A DNA stretch of 64,000 bases from positions 4,528-68,527 of the forward strand of contig JAFNKG010000002.1 of the NCBI GenBank assembly GCA_017883965.1, given 5' to 3'. Numbering within the stretch: the stretch's first letter is position 1; every line of letters begins with the position of its first letter. The notes below the pieces were generated by a model that made no database searches, was not told the DNA's origin, and worked only from the letters and a program-made list of their open reading frames with translations. The stretch comes from Candidatus Methanophagales archaeon. GTDB taxonomy: Archaea; Halobacteriota; Syntropharchaeia; Alkanophagales; Methanospirareceae. Below are positions 7,511 through 16,242 of this stretch, one piece after another. The translations under genes and the position numbers were made by a program.

Positions 7511-9156
7511 AACTCTTTTATTTCCTCAAATATTTGCTCAATAAACTCCTTAAACTCCTTTTCACTATCTATTTCTTCAGGGGTTATTTCTTCGGCGACT
7601 TTCCTTGCCAGTTGTTCCTTCCACCATTTTTTCTCTAAAATACCATTGAGTTTTTCTACCGTTTGACCCTTCGGTACATCTTCCTCTCTTAATTCTTTCC
7701 CTTTTCGTTGTTTCACAAATTCAACTATTAAGTGTCGGGGATAGAAATCCTCTATGTCTCCACTTTCCCAAATTATTATATCCTCCTCTTTTATGCCATT
7801 TTTAATAAGTTTTCCTTTGTGTTTTATGCCACTCTTATCAAAGAGGAGACGTATGGGCAAAGGAACGTTTTGACATACTTCTCTACACAGTTTATAATTT
7901 GGTTCCTCCTTTGTATCACCACCAGCATCGATAATGGCAATTCCCTCCTCTCCAAAGCTCTTTTCCAACTTCCCTGCTACGCCTCGTAAGAATATGCTAT
8001 CACTTAGCCCTTCCACAATGAGAATGAAATTTGAAAGAAGGAAATCTCCTGGGGTAATTCCCATTTGGAAGAATTTGCTACCAAGTTCTTCTTTATCTGT
8101 CACTCTTTTAATCTTGGTACTCCCTTCTTCTTGCCATATAAACCATACATTCGAAAGCGAGCCGCTATCTATAACAAATGGGGAATGTGTAGTGATGAAG
8201 AATTGCTTTTTTTGTTTCTCTGAAATTTCTTTAATCCTCTTCATTAACTTTTTGATGAGTTTTGGATGAAGATGATTTTCCGGCTCTTCAATGAGAACTA
8301 TGTCTGCAGAGGTATTCTCGATTTCATGAAGGAGATGTAAGATCATCTGCACCCCTCCACCTTTTAAGTATGGAGGAATTGGAACCGTTTCCTCTTTAAT
8401 ATTTTTGTCAAATACGAAGCTTTCTCCTACAACACTCATGGAATCATCAACAAATTGCTTCTTGTCTTTTGTATAGCTACTCCATTTTTTTCGGCGAGCT
8501 GGGACAATCTTGCTTGCATTAGATTTAATAATTTCTTCTGTACGTTCAGGGATAAGAGGATCCCTTTTGAAAAAATCTTCACTTTTGGCGGGTCTATCTC
8601 GAACCGCAGGGATAAACTTAATTTTACTCTGTAGTAAATTTTCTATCGTTTGAGTGACTGAAGTGGAATCTATATTTTTACCCGATTCGTCTGTGAAAAC
8701 ATCCTCTAATTGACCATTTTCCATCATGAACTTAGGATAATTTGCTTCTTTTGACCCAAATAAGGGAGGGAATCCTTCTCCTTCAATTGTTTTCCAATAA
8801 AAGCTGAACTCTTTATTTATCCCAACTTCTAAGGAAATAGATAAGTCACCTCTGGATACAAAAGAGGATGAAGAATCTTTTTGGATGGCTTCCCTATCTT
8901 CATGATTTAAATTTAAATCTGCCTTGATCTTAATCGGTTGATCGGCTGAGGGCTCTGCACCAAAACATAAATATTCATACCCTTCTATTTTTAGATAGGG
9001 CTTATTCTTTTTTTCTCCAAGAAGTCTTACTGCTTCGAGTAGAAAAGATTTACCTGCATCGTTTTCTCCAATTAAAATAACTAAATTAGAAATATCTTTC
9101 ATAGAAATGTCTTCAAAGCACCTATAGTTATTCACTTTTAACTTCTTGATATGCAT
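7507..9156 (-). CDS. OLD-family ATP-dependent endonuclease (ABC-type ATPase + Toprim), GajA/OLD-like
   Basis: 549 aa; Walker A LILIGENDAGKSFLLEA, ABC signature/D-loop LIEEPENHLHP, Walker B region; C-terminal Toprim motifs LIVEGLSDSIFL and IIDAGGD. Confidence 0.75.
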   Translation of the reverse strand: MHIKKLKVNNYRCFEDISMKDISNLVILIGENDAGKSFLLEAVRLLGEKKNKPYLKIEGYEYLCFGAEPSADQPIKIKADLNLNHEDREAIQKDSSSSFVSRGDLSISLEVGINKEFSFYWKTIEGEGFPPLFGSKEANYPKFMMENGQLEDVFTDESGKNIDSTSVTQTIENLLQSKIKFIPAVRDRPAKSEDFFKRDPLIPERTEEIIKSNASKIVPARRKKWSSYTKDKKQFVDDSMSVVGESFVFDKNIKEETVPIPPYLKGGGVQMILHLLHEIENTSADIVLIEEPENHLHPKLIKKLMKRIKEISEKQKKQFFITTHSPFVIDSGSLSNVWFIWQEEGSTKIKRVTDKEELGSKFFQMGITPGDFLLSNFILIVEGLSDSIFLRGVAGKLEKSFGEEGIAIIDAGGDTKEEPNYKLCREVCQNVPLPIRLLFDKSGIKHKGKLIKNGIKEEDIIIWESGDIEDFYPRHLIVEFVKQRKGKELREEDVPKGQTVEKLNGILEKKWWKEQLARKVAEEITPEEIDSEKEFKEFIEQIFEEIKEF

Positions 9157-9325
9157 TCTTCTTCTCCCGACGAACTTGTAAAATCCTACTACTCTCTTAG
9201 AACAATGGTTATAAGGGATATATAAGCTTTTTCCTTTATGCGCAGTAATTGTTGAAGGTGAAGTTGAGAAGCATATTTCGGGAGAATGTAGGGGAAGGAT
9301 AAACCGTTAAATCACGGGTGATAGT

Positions 9326-9388
9326 ATGGATAAAAAGAAAGGGTTAATGTTTGGGCTTGCATTGGTGCTTCTATCCGTTTTTTGTTAA
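9326..9388 (+). CDS. small hydrophobic peptide ORF (20 aa), paralog of 7415-7510
   Basis: MDKKKGLMFGLALVLLSVFC*; ends inside the att-like repeat 9376-9413. Confidence 0.2.
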   Translation: MDKKKGLMFGLALVLLSVFC

Positions 9389-9413
9389 GATTTTGAATTG
9401 TGGGACGGCCTCC
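9376..9413 (+). repeat. att-like direct repeat, right copy (tRNA-proximal)
   Basis: See 6308-6347. Confidence 0.55.
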
Positions 9414-9432
9414 CCATATATAAAAATAAAAA

Positions 9433-9512
9433 GGGAGATGGCGGGAGTCGAACCCGCGCCACCTGCTTTTAAGGCAGGGTCCTCACCATGAGGACAGGGA
9501 GGGTTCATCTCC
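9433..9512 (-). tRNA. atypical tRNA or tRNA-like gene; anticodon candidate UAA (Leu) but class-I variable loop and ~8 extra nt in the D region
   Basis: Minus strand: acceptor GGAGATG/CATCTCC, T-arm GCGGG-TTCGACT-CCCGC (canonical), anticodon arm CCTGC-CTTAAAA-GCAGG, 4-nt variable loop; 27 nt between acceptor and anticodon stem (normal ~19) including perfect hairpin GTCCTCA-TGG-TGAGGAC; TATA-like atataataaattatat just upstream. Confidence 0.5.
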
Positions 9513-9700
9513 CATATAATAAATTATATTGACCAAGCCAGTATATAATCATGTTACGGGATAATTGTCATAATGACAAATTATTTGAAAAGAAGCGGCG
9601 GAAGAAGTGAAATTCGCCAAATATCAAACAACATAATGAACAGTTAACTATCTTATTACTTCGGTTTTATGGTATCATAATTTTTAACTATCATTTTGAG

Positions 9701-10528
9701 TTATGACCGTCTAAAAATCTCCCATATCTTCGCACGATCAGTTTCCACTCTATCGTATTCGCGAAGGCGTTCTACGCTTTGAACTCCAGCAGAAATCGAT
9801 GCTCGAACCACGATTCCGAAGCAACGACGACGAAACTCCTTACCCAACTCGTTAAGATGCTCTCGTAGATAATAACTAGCTGCCTCGGTGCCAAGTGTTC
9901 CATATCCGCCTATAAGAAAGGCAACTCCAGGTTTTCCTGTCCTTCGGGGATTCCGAGCTTTTAAAACTATTCCGTATCCAAAACCTTCTTCACGAGGAAT
10001 GATTTCATTTGTTCGTGCATCATGTATATTCATATTATCCATTCTGTAGAAAACTTGCTCCATTAATTCATAAAAATCGAGAGATTTCTGAGACTGCCCT
10101 CCGATGACAATAATATGTCCATTCCACTCGCCATTATCCTCTGACATTCGAGTGATTCGTATATTCCTCTTTTTCCCAGCTTGCCCTAAAACATTAAGAC
10201 TATCCGCCAGAGCTGTTGCATCAACATCAGGCCATAAATCTCGTACATTCGGCACGCGTCCAATACCCACTCGCGGAACATTTTCTAATAAAGGCGTTGT
10301 TCCTGGGGTTACATCTTGAATAAATAAGTGGCGAATGAAGATTAGGCATTGCTCATCGTTATTTGCCACATCTCCTAAAATCAACATAGGTGGTCTAGAC
10401 GTGACCCAATACAGGTAGGCTTTGCGTGCAGAACCTATAATGCCTAAAAAAATACTGCTTATGATCGTTCCTAAGATAGCACCAATCCACAAATCATATG
10501 AAAGGCCAAGAATTTGCATCTCAATCAT
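9701..10528 (-). CDS. membrane-anchored protein with Rossmann-like GGxGTxxE motif (possible SLOG/LOG-like domain), cassette 1
   Basis: 275 aa; N-terminal TM helix; IVIGGQSQKS and FLIGGYGTLGTEAASYY resemble LOG/SLOG nucleotide-binding motifs (weak). Confidence 0.4.
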   Translation of the reverse strand: MIEMQILGLSYDLWIGAILGTIISSIFLGIIGSARKAYLYWVTSRPPMLILGDVANNDEQCLIFIRHLFIQDVTPGTTPLLENVPRVGIGRVPNVRDLWPDVDATALADSLNVLGQAGKKRNIRITRMSEDNGEWNGHIIVIGGQSQKSLDFYELMEQVFYRMDNMNIHDARTNEIIPREEGFGYGIVLKARNPRRTGKPGVAFLIGGYGTLGTEAASYYLREHLNELGKEFRRRCFGIVVRASISAGVQSVERLREYDRVETDRAKIWEIFRRS

Positions 10529-10564
10529 ATTTCTTTATCCTATATTGATTGATAGCCATACTAT

Positions 10565-10723
10565 TTATAGCGATTGCTCTACTATTTCTATCTCCTCCGT
10601 CAGCCCGTACAAATCATAAACCAACCGGTCAATCTGCGCATCAACAATCTTTATCTGCCGCTCGTAAAGCTCTTTATCTCTTTCCATTCTCGCCCCGTGG
10701 TATTTTTTCTGGAATTCGAGCAT
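10565..10723 (-). CDS. 52-aa ORF encoding a type IIG RM / N6-MTase C-terminal tail fragment (copy 2)
   Basis: MLEFQKKYHGARMERDKELYERQIKIVDAQIDRLVYDLYGLTEEIEIVEQSL*; ~90% nt identity to 13095-13245; ends 37 bp before the start of cassette 1. Confidence 0.35.
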   Translation of the reverse strand: MLEFQKKYHGARMERDKELYERQIKIVDAQIDRLVYDLYGLTEEIEIVEQSL

Positions 10724-11570
10724 TGTTTGGTTTCTTTGTTATATATCCTATTTCGGTAAAAATGTATAGAAATACTACAACTAGTCCCGTGATGAACAAA
10801 AATAGAACGACAGGTTTCCAAACGAGGTGTTGCTCTGGTGTTATCGGTAGTAACCCCAATGGGAGTATAACCCCAACTATTGTGAAATAAATAAGAGAGA
10901 AGATAATACTTCTGAAATGTTCGGGCAATATTATCTGGCTAACTTGGTGCTGTAATTCCTGTATTTTAGCATTTTTATAGCTGATTTCTTTATTATTTTC
11001 CTCTATTATTTTTTGATTTTCATTATAACGGTCATGTTTATGTAGATTAGCAAATGGTGCTGGGATAGTGGGTAAATCTGGTAATTGTATGCCTGCCAGC
11101 AATCCTGCAAGCTCGGATATATGTTTTGATGGTATCTCTTCTTCCTTTTCTAAGCGAATTTCTTTTATCACCGAAGTATATTTTTCTTTGAATATAGAAA
11201 TAAATTTTTCATCGAGAATCCTGATCCTATTTTCTTTAAGTAACTCTTTTAGCATCTCATCAGCAGTAGGCAAATTTTCTAAATCCAATTTCGGTTTTTT
11301 AGCTCGTAGAAAATTATTGACACTTTCTTCATCTTCTTTCCTGTCTTCTTCCTCATCTTTTCTATTAACTTCATTAATGTATTCTAAAAGAGGAGCATTT
11401 TGACGTTCTAATTCCTTTATTTCTGCATTGATTTCATTAATTCTATTCTCTATTCGGCTTCTTTCACTCGCCATCATCATGACCCTACTTGTAACTAATG
11501 CACCTATTAGTCCAACTATGACTGCTGCAGATTGTGCTATTGCAGAATAAAACCAATTTGGGTCATTCAT
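10674..11570 (-). CDS. membrane protein with coiled-coil region, cassette 2
   Basis: 298 aa; N-terminal and C-terminal TM segments, central KE-rich coiled coil; last 19 codons are encoded out-of-frame by the duplicated RM-tail segment. Confidence 0.45.
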   Translation of the reverse strand: MNDPNWFYSAIAQSAAVIVGLIGALVTSRVMMMASERSRIENRINEINAEIKELERQNAPLLEYINEVNRKDEEEDRKEDEESVNNFLRAKKPKLDLENLPTADEMLKELLKENRIRILDEKFISIFKEKYTSVIKEIRLEKEEEIPSKHISELAGLLAGIQLPDLPTIPAPFANLHKHDRYNENQKIIEENNKEISYKNAKIQELQHQVSQIILPEHFRSIIFSLIYFTIVGVILPLGLLPITPEQHLVWKPVVLFLFITGLVVVFLYIFTEIGYITKKPNNARIPEKIPRGENGKR

Positions 11571-11710
11571 TTTTCTTCAACCGCCTTCACCTCCTCCTCC
11601 GTCAGCCTGTACAAATCATAAACCCGCCTGTCGATCTGCCTATCTGTCGCTTCAATCTCTTTTTCAATCCGCTCCTTTTTCCCAACCTCTTCCGGACATT
11701 CCTCCATCAT
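11567..11710 (-). CDS. 47-aa ORF encoding a type IIG RM / N6-MTase C-terminal tail fragment (copy 3)
   Basis: MMEECPEEVGKKERIEKEIEATDRQIDRRVYDLYRLTEEEVKAVEEK*; stop overlaps the cassette 2 start codon (ATGA). Confidence 0.3.
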   Translation of the reverse strand: MMEECPEEVGKKERIEKEIEATDRQIDRRVYDLYRLTEEEVKAVEEK

Positions 11711-11739
11711 CTCATCTATGATCCTCTTATTCTCCTCTT

Positions 11740-13071
11740 TTATATTAAGCCAAACATCTTTAAAATCGCTATAAAACCTTCATAATTTGTTACCGCTGTT
11801 ATAATCATCAAGAGGACCATCACGAGGGTAAGCCCAAATATCCATTTTGTTAACCTTTTGACATCTTTCTGAAGTCCAACATTGGCATATGCAGTTACTG
11901 AATCAACAAGATCGTTTGTGTATCGCAGTCCTATATTTTGTTTTTCATCTAATTCCCTGAGCTTTTTGTCACATCTCTCTATTTGATACTCAGCATTCAA
12001 ATACAACTCTTTGAAGAAGGAAGAAACAGTTTGAGTGTCTACCCATTTCATGTGCGCTACATCATTAGGATGATCTAATTCTTTCTGTTCCTGCAAGCAT
12101 GGCTTATGATCTTCTAACAGGTCTCCTGATGAGTCTAATTCATCCTTCACTTGTGACGAGAACTCAAAGAATTCCATTTTTTCATCTATCAAATTGTTAT
12201 ATTGATTCATCAATTCGTTAAGGGTACTCGAATTCTGTGTCAGCACTTCTATACTCTCGCTTCTTTTGAATTCACGTAGTTTCGATCTAGATTTGTTGAT
12301 TTTGTTTTCCCACTCATTTAATTGTTTGATTCGGAAGAAAGAACAGTGAAACGGTTTAATCAAAGCTAACAAAGTTTCCAAACCGTCAAGCATGATTGGA
12401 GCTATTAAATTTGGTTTATTTTCAAATCCGATTATTGTAAATTTGGTGTAATCATTAAAAAACACCTGCGGGGAAACTATAGAATCACCGGTACAAGACA
12501 TTAATTTGGGGATAAACTTGATTGCATTTAGGAGGTTGGAATTTTTATCTAACCAATCTTCCAGTTTCTCATCGGCAACAATAGGATGTGCCCATGACTC
12601 AATCCCTTTGAATCCAAGCACTTCATCGAGACGTGCAATCCATAGAATGATACCATTGTGCCGCTCACTTGTATCGGTTGAAAAGATCCCGGCAATGAGG
12701 GGTGTTATATAGTGCTCAATCTCCTCTTGCGCCTTCTCTAAAAAGTTCTGCCCATCAATAGGCGTTTTTTTATGTAAATTTTCAATAACCTCTTCTTTTA
12801 ATTCCCCATAACAAGTTACATCATAAATATGGCGATGCTGTCGAATTACATATATATTTATCGACTCAAAGCAATCGGGAATTGGAAATTTGGGATTGAT
12901 AATACCCCCATATTCCTCTATAACATATGCAGTGCCACCATCCAATCTTTGAGGTGCCATTTTTTGGGGGGATTTTCCTTCGAATAATATTTTCAGTTTA
13001 TCATCCAAACTTGGTTTCTGCTTCGAATCAACGAAATCTACCAAAGCAATACCAAGGCTTTTTATTTTCAT
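11740..13071 (-). CDS. hypothetical protein with C-terminal TM anchor, cassette 3
   Basis: 443 aa; no recognised catalytic motifs; C-terminal hydrophobic helix (WIFGLTLVMVLLMIITAV); start overlaps the stop of the upstream RM-remnant ORF (ATGA). Confidence 0.45.
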   Translation of the reverse strand: MKIKSLGIALVDFVDSKQKPSLDDKLKILFEGKSPQKMAPQRLDGGTAYVIEEYGGIINPKFPIPDCFESINIYVIRQHRHIYDVTCYGELKEEVIENLHKKTPIDGQNFLEKAQEEIEHYITPLIAGIFSTDTSERHNGIILWIARLDEVLGFKGIESWAHPIVADEKLEDWLDKNSNLLNAIKFIPKLMSCTGDSIVSPQVFFNDYTKFTIIGFENKPNLIAPIMLDGLETLLALIKPFHCSFFRIKQLNEWENKINKSRSKLREFKRSESIEVLTQNSSTLNELMNQYNNLIDEKMEFFEFSSQVKDELDSSGDLLEDHKPCLQEQKELDHPNDVAHMKWVDTQTVSSFFKELYLNAEYQIERCDKKLRELDEKQNIGLRYTNDLVDSVTAYANVGLQKDVKRLTKWIFGLTLVMVLLMIITAVTNYEGFIAILKMFGLI

Positions 13072-13646
13072 CTCTCCATTCCTTCGATAACTTTTATTTC
13101 TTCATCGCTCAGCCCATACAAATTATAAACCAACCTGTCAATCTGCGTATCAACAATCTTTATCTGCCGTTCATAAAGCTCTTTATCTCGCTCCATTCTC
13201 GTCTCGTGGTATTTCTTCTGCAATTCGAGCATGTTGTCCACTAAGGGAACGAGTTTATCGTGCTGGGCTTTTTCTTCTGGGTTTGAGGAGTCTATCGTGC
13301 TCAGTTGATATGACGGGCTAACGTCCTCTTTTATGTTCACCGCAGGTTTCTTCGCTTCGACAAAGAACTTCCTTTGACCGCCAATCCTGAAACTGTAATC
13401 CGGTGCTCTGGTCGAACGCCCTACTTTTATTGCATCCTCCAGAACAACCTCCTTGTATTGCTCTGCATAGCCCTGTTTATTGCTCACGTTCCAGCCAAGC
13501 GCTTCAAAGAACGGGTCAATGAATTCTCGTCTTACCTTTGCTTCGTTATATGCCGATTTTTTATAAACGTCAATATTATCACGGAATCGCTCAACGAGTT
13601 CTTCAATCGTTTGTCTTGCTTGTTCTTTCATTTTGGCTTCAAGCAT
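13068..13646 (-). CDS. internally deleted restriction-enzyme remnant: HSDR_N-type PD-ExK nuclease domain fused directly to N6-MTase C-terminal tail
   Basis: 192 aa; EAKVRREFIDPFFEALGW...APDYSFRIGGQRKFFVEAKKP (PD...EAK nuclease motif) then ...QIDRLVYNLYGLSDEEIKVIEG (typical type IIG/BREX MTase tail); ~750 aa of helicase/MTase/TRD expected in between are absent. Confidence 0.6.
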   Translation of the reverse strand: MLEAKMKEQARQTIEELVERFRDNIDVYKKSAYNEAKVRREFIDPFFEALGWNVSNKQGYAEQYKEVVLEDAIKVGRSTRAPDYSFRIGGQRKFFVEAKKPAVNIKEDVSPSYQLSTIDSSNPEEKAQHDKLVPLVDNMLELQKKYHETRMERDKELYERQIKIVDTQIDRLVYNLYGLSDEEIKVIEGMER

Positions 13647-13702
13647 CCATCACACTGAAAATAGTAAGATATATTTCATTATATTTATAACCATAGAAAA
13701 CC

Positions 13703-15205
13703 TTACAAATTCTTCGCAGAACTTTCCAGCAAGCACAGAAAAACATAAACCGGAACAATAGCAATATCCCCCTTTGTATCAAACTCTTTTTTGCTCAATA
13801 TCAATTTTGGCATGTTAATGGCGGCGACATCCTTAAATGACACTCTCGGCTTGTATTTCACCTCTATTCCGAGATATTCACCATTTTCACGTTGGTAAAC
13901 AAAATCCAATTCTTTCCTCGCATCATAATAAAACCATAGAAATCTGTCCGCAGGCTTAATTACCGGAACCTCCTTAACTCTCGCTAAATGATTACAAACA
14001 ATGCCTTCCACAAGCAAAGAAACCTTATCTTCATCCAGCATGAATTCTTCGGAATACCGGTAGCCATCTTTACCATGCAGCCAGCTATTGAACGAATGAA
14101 ATATGAGCGAGTCCGTGAAATATATCTTCTTCATCGCTTTGTATCTTACGCGCTTCTTCGCGAAATCGTATGAATAGAGCACCTGAACTAAAAAATTGTC
14201 TTCCATTAATCGCAGGTAATCTATGATTGTGGGGTGCGATATAGGCTCCTCTATCTCCACAGCCAATCCTCTAAAATCACTTCTCGACCCAAAAATCTTT
14301 ATTATGGCGCTTACCACTTGCTGCATCGTTCTATCACTCTTACCCTGCCTTAAAGCATCTTTCGTCACCAGTTCGATGAACCGCTCATAGAACTCAGGCT
14401 TGACCCTCTCCTGCTCCTCTGCCTGGATATTTCTCAGATAATCGTTGATTACAGAAGGAAACCCGCCTGTTTTCATGTAAATATTGAAAAGAAAACTTAA
14501 ACTGGCGTTAAACTTCAACATACGGCTGAAAACAGGCACAATTTTTTCTAACGGCTCTTCCAAGTTTATTTTGCTGGAGTTTAGATTCTCAGGTAAAATC
14601 TTGAGTTCTTTTTCTAATTGTCTATCCGCTGTTAAATAATCGGGCCGCCGGCAGACTTGAAGCACGAAATCACGGAAACTTAAAGGTCTCAAGAAATACC
14701 TGTTCCCCTCTATATTTCTTCCAATGAGTTCTTGCGTATGCACTTTAATCCCAAAGGGGGAGCCTGTAAATAAAATCACAACCCTATCAAATCTATCACT
14801 GTCCGCTATCCCTTTTATTTCCAGAACCCAATCCTTAACAAAGTTTATTTCATCCAAAAATATGTATATTCTCTCATGCTCCGCCAATTTATCCATTAAG
14901 AACTCCAATACCTTCCTTAGCTCTCTTCTTGATACCAGCGTTTCACAGGAGAAATAGCAGATAGAATCCGGGTTTACACCATCATCGCGCATCAACCTCA
15001 TAATCGTTTTCTTTATTTCCGTAGTTTTACCCACTTGCCTTAGACCATGAATTGCGTAGATGTTTGACGTTTCGAGGTCGATATTCCTTCTTCCAAACCT
15101 CACCGGTGCTACTCTGTATTCATTTAGGATTTTATCGTAATGCTCGAATTCCATGCCAAATCGCCACCATGTATTTTGTTCAACAATCTTACTTATTTCC
15201 ACCAT
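13703..15205 (-). CDS. archaeal AAA+ ATPase with C-terminal DUF4143 (PD-ExK-like) domain
   Basis: 500 aa; Walker A GLRQVGKTT, Walker B IYIFLDEINF; C-terminal D...E.K block (LDFVYQRENGEYLGIEVKYK). Confidence 0.65.
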   Translation of the reverse strand: MVEISKIVEQNTWWRFGMEFEHYDKILNEYRVAPVRFGRRNIDLETSNIYAIHGLRQVGKTTEIKKTIMRLMRDDGVNPDSICYFSCETLVSRRELRKVLEFLMDKLAEHERIYIFLDEINFVKDWVLEIKGIADSDRFDRVVILFTGSPFGIKVHTQELIGRNIEGNRYFLRPLSFRDFVLQVCRRPDYLTADRQLEKELKILPENLNSSKINLEEPLEKIVPVFSRMLKFNASLSFLFNIYMKTGGFPSVINDYLRNIQAEEQERVKPEFYERFIELVTKDALRQGKSDRTMQQVVSAIIKIFGSRSDFRGLAVEIEEPISHPTIIDYLRLMEDNFLVQVLYSYDFAKKRVRYKAMKKIYFTDSLIFHSFNSWLHGKDGYRYSEEFMLDEDKVSLLVEGIVCNHLARVKEVPVIKPADRFLWFYYDARKELDFVYQRENGEYLGIEVKYKPRVSFKDVAAINMPKLILSKKEFDTKGDIAIVPVYVFLCLLESSAKNL

Positions 15206-15253
15206 ATTTGGTAATTCGATTTTCCTATTTATAAACTTTCTGGTAAACCCACT

Positions 15254-16108
15254 TTACAAATAACTTCTGCTCAACTCTACATTCTTCTTCATCTCTTCGT
15301 AATTCATCTCTCCCTTCTCATTATTTCTCCAGAAAGTCTCTATCACCAGATATTTACAATTCGTTGATTTCACAAGCTCGAATACCGCATCGAAATCCAA
15401 CTCACCTTTACCCAGTGATAAATGGTCTTGCTTCTCCGTGAAGGAGCAATCGTGCAAATGCACCACCAGTATTTTCGCACCGCATTTCGCTGTCCACCGC
15501 TGAAGATAATCCAGATAACTACTGGCTTTCCTTTTCGTTCTCGAATGCGTCACTTCCGCCATTATCGCATGCCCTACGTCGAACGTGAAACATAAATTTG
15601 GCGATGAACGAGAAAGAGATTCGAGTATCAAGTCAGACCACTCAAAAGGAACTAAATCATTCTCCACACTTACCAATATACCGAACTCCGAAGCCATTTT
15701 AGTTATTTCGTGGCATCTTCCGAGACCTTTTATTTTCATCATCTCCCGCACCTCCTCAATTTTATATGTGGAAACCCGCGGATGCAAATGGAAATTGTAG
15801 TATAGCGAAAGAGGCAGGAAATCAGCGGAAAATTCCATGCACCGCTTCAAAACCGTCATACTCGCATCGGCTACCTCGTCCCTCGGATGCGCTAAGGATA
15901 TATCAAGTGGAGAATGAAAAGCGATTTTCAATCCGAACTCCTCTAACAGCACCATTATCTCTTTCCTCTCCGCTTCTTCCATGCAATCCGGCAATGGATA
16001 ATCGAGCGAAAACTCGAAATAATCCAGACCAAGCCTGTAAAGTTCTTCTATTGTCCTCTTGAATGGGCGGTTGCCATACCACACTGGTGCTCCCAATAGA
16101 ATACTCAT
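15254..16108 (-). CDS. sugar phosphate isomerase/epimerase (xylose-isomerase-like TIM barrel)
   Basis: 284 aa; GLDYFEFS..., HLHDC, E..H metal ligands typical of AP-endonuclease-2/xylose isomerase-like TIM barrels. Confidence 0.55.
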   Translation of the reverse strand: MSILLGAPVWYGNRPFKRTIEELYRLGLDYFEFSLDYPLPDCMEEAERKEIMVLLEEFGLKIAFHSPLDISLAHPRDEVADASMTVLKRCMEFSADFLPLSLYYNFHLHPRVSTYKIEEVREMMKIKGLGRCHEITKMASEFGILVSVENDLVPFEWSDLILESLSRSSPNLCFTFDVGHAIMAEVTHSRTKRKASSYLDYLQRWTAKCGAKILVVHLHDCSFTEKQDHLSLGKGELDFDAVFELVKSTNCKYLVIETFWRNNEKGEMNYEEMKKNVELSRSYL

Positions 16109-16242
16109 CTGTTATCACCCCACGATTTCTTTAACAGCCTGATAGCGAATAGCCAATAGGAAATAGGACTTATTTGTTGCATTTGTTTAGCTTCTTTAAT
16201 TCTAAAGTGTTTTTGCATTTTTCAATTTGCATTTTGCATTTT

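Noticed and set aside
9433-9512. Alternative reading of the tRNA-like gene on the plus strand (would give anticodon UUA, an ochre-suppressor-like tRNA with a long variable arm)
   Set aside because: The T-loop consensus (GGTTCGACTCC) and acceptor/T-arm geometry fit only the minus strand; on the plus strand the D-arm position would hold a T-arm-like 5-bp/7-nt hairpin.
16109-16242. T-rich tttgcattttt repeats between the sugar isomerase and NfeD genes, considered as a repeat element
   Set aside because: Looks like ordinary AT-rich intergenic promoter/terminator sequence (oligo-T tracts) rather than a discrete repeat family.
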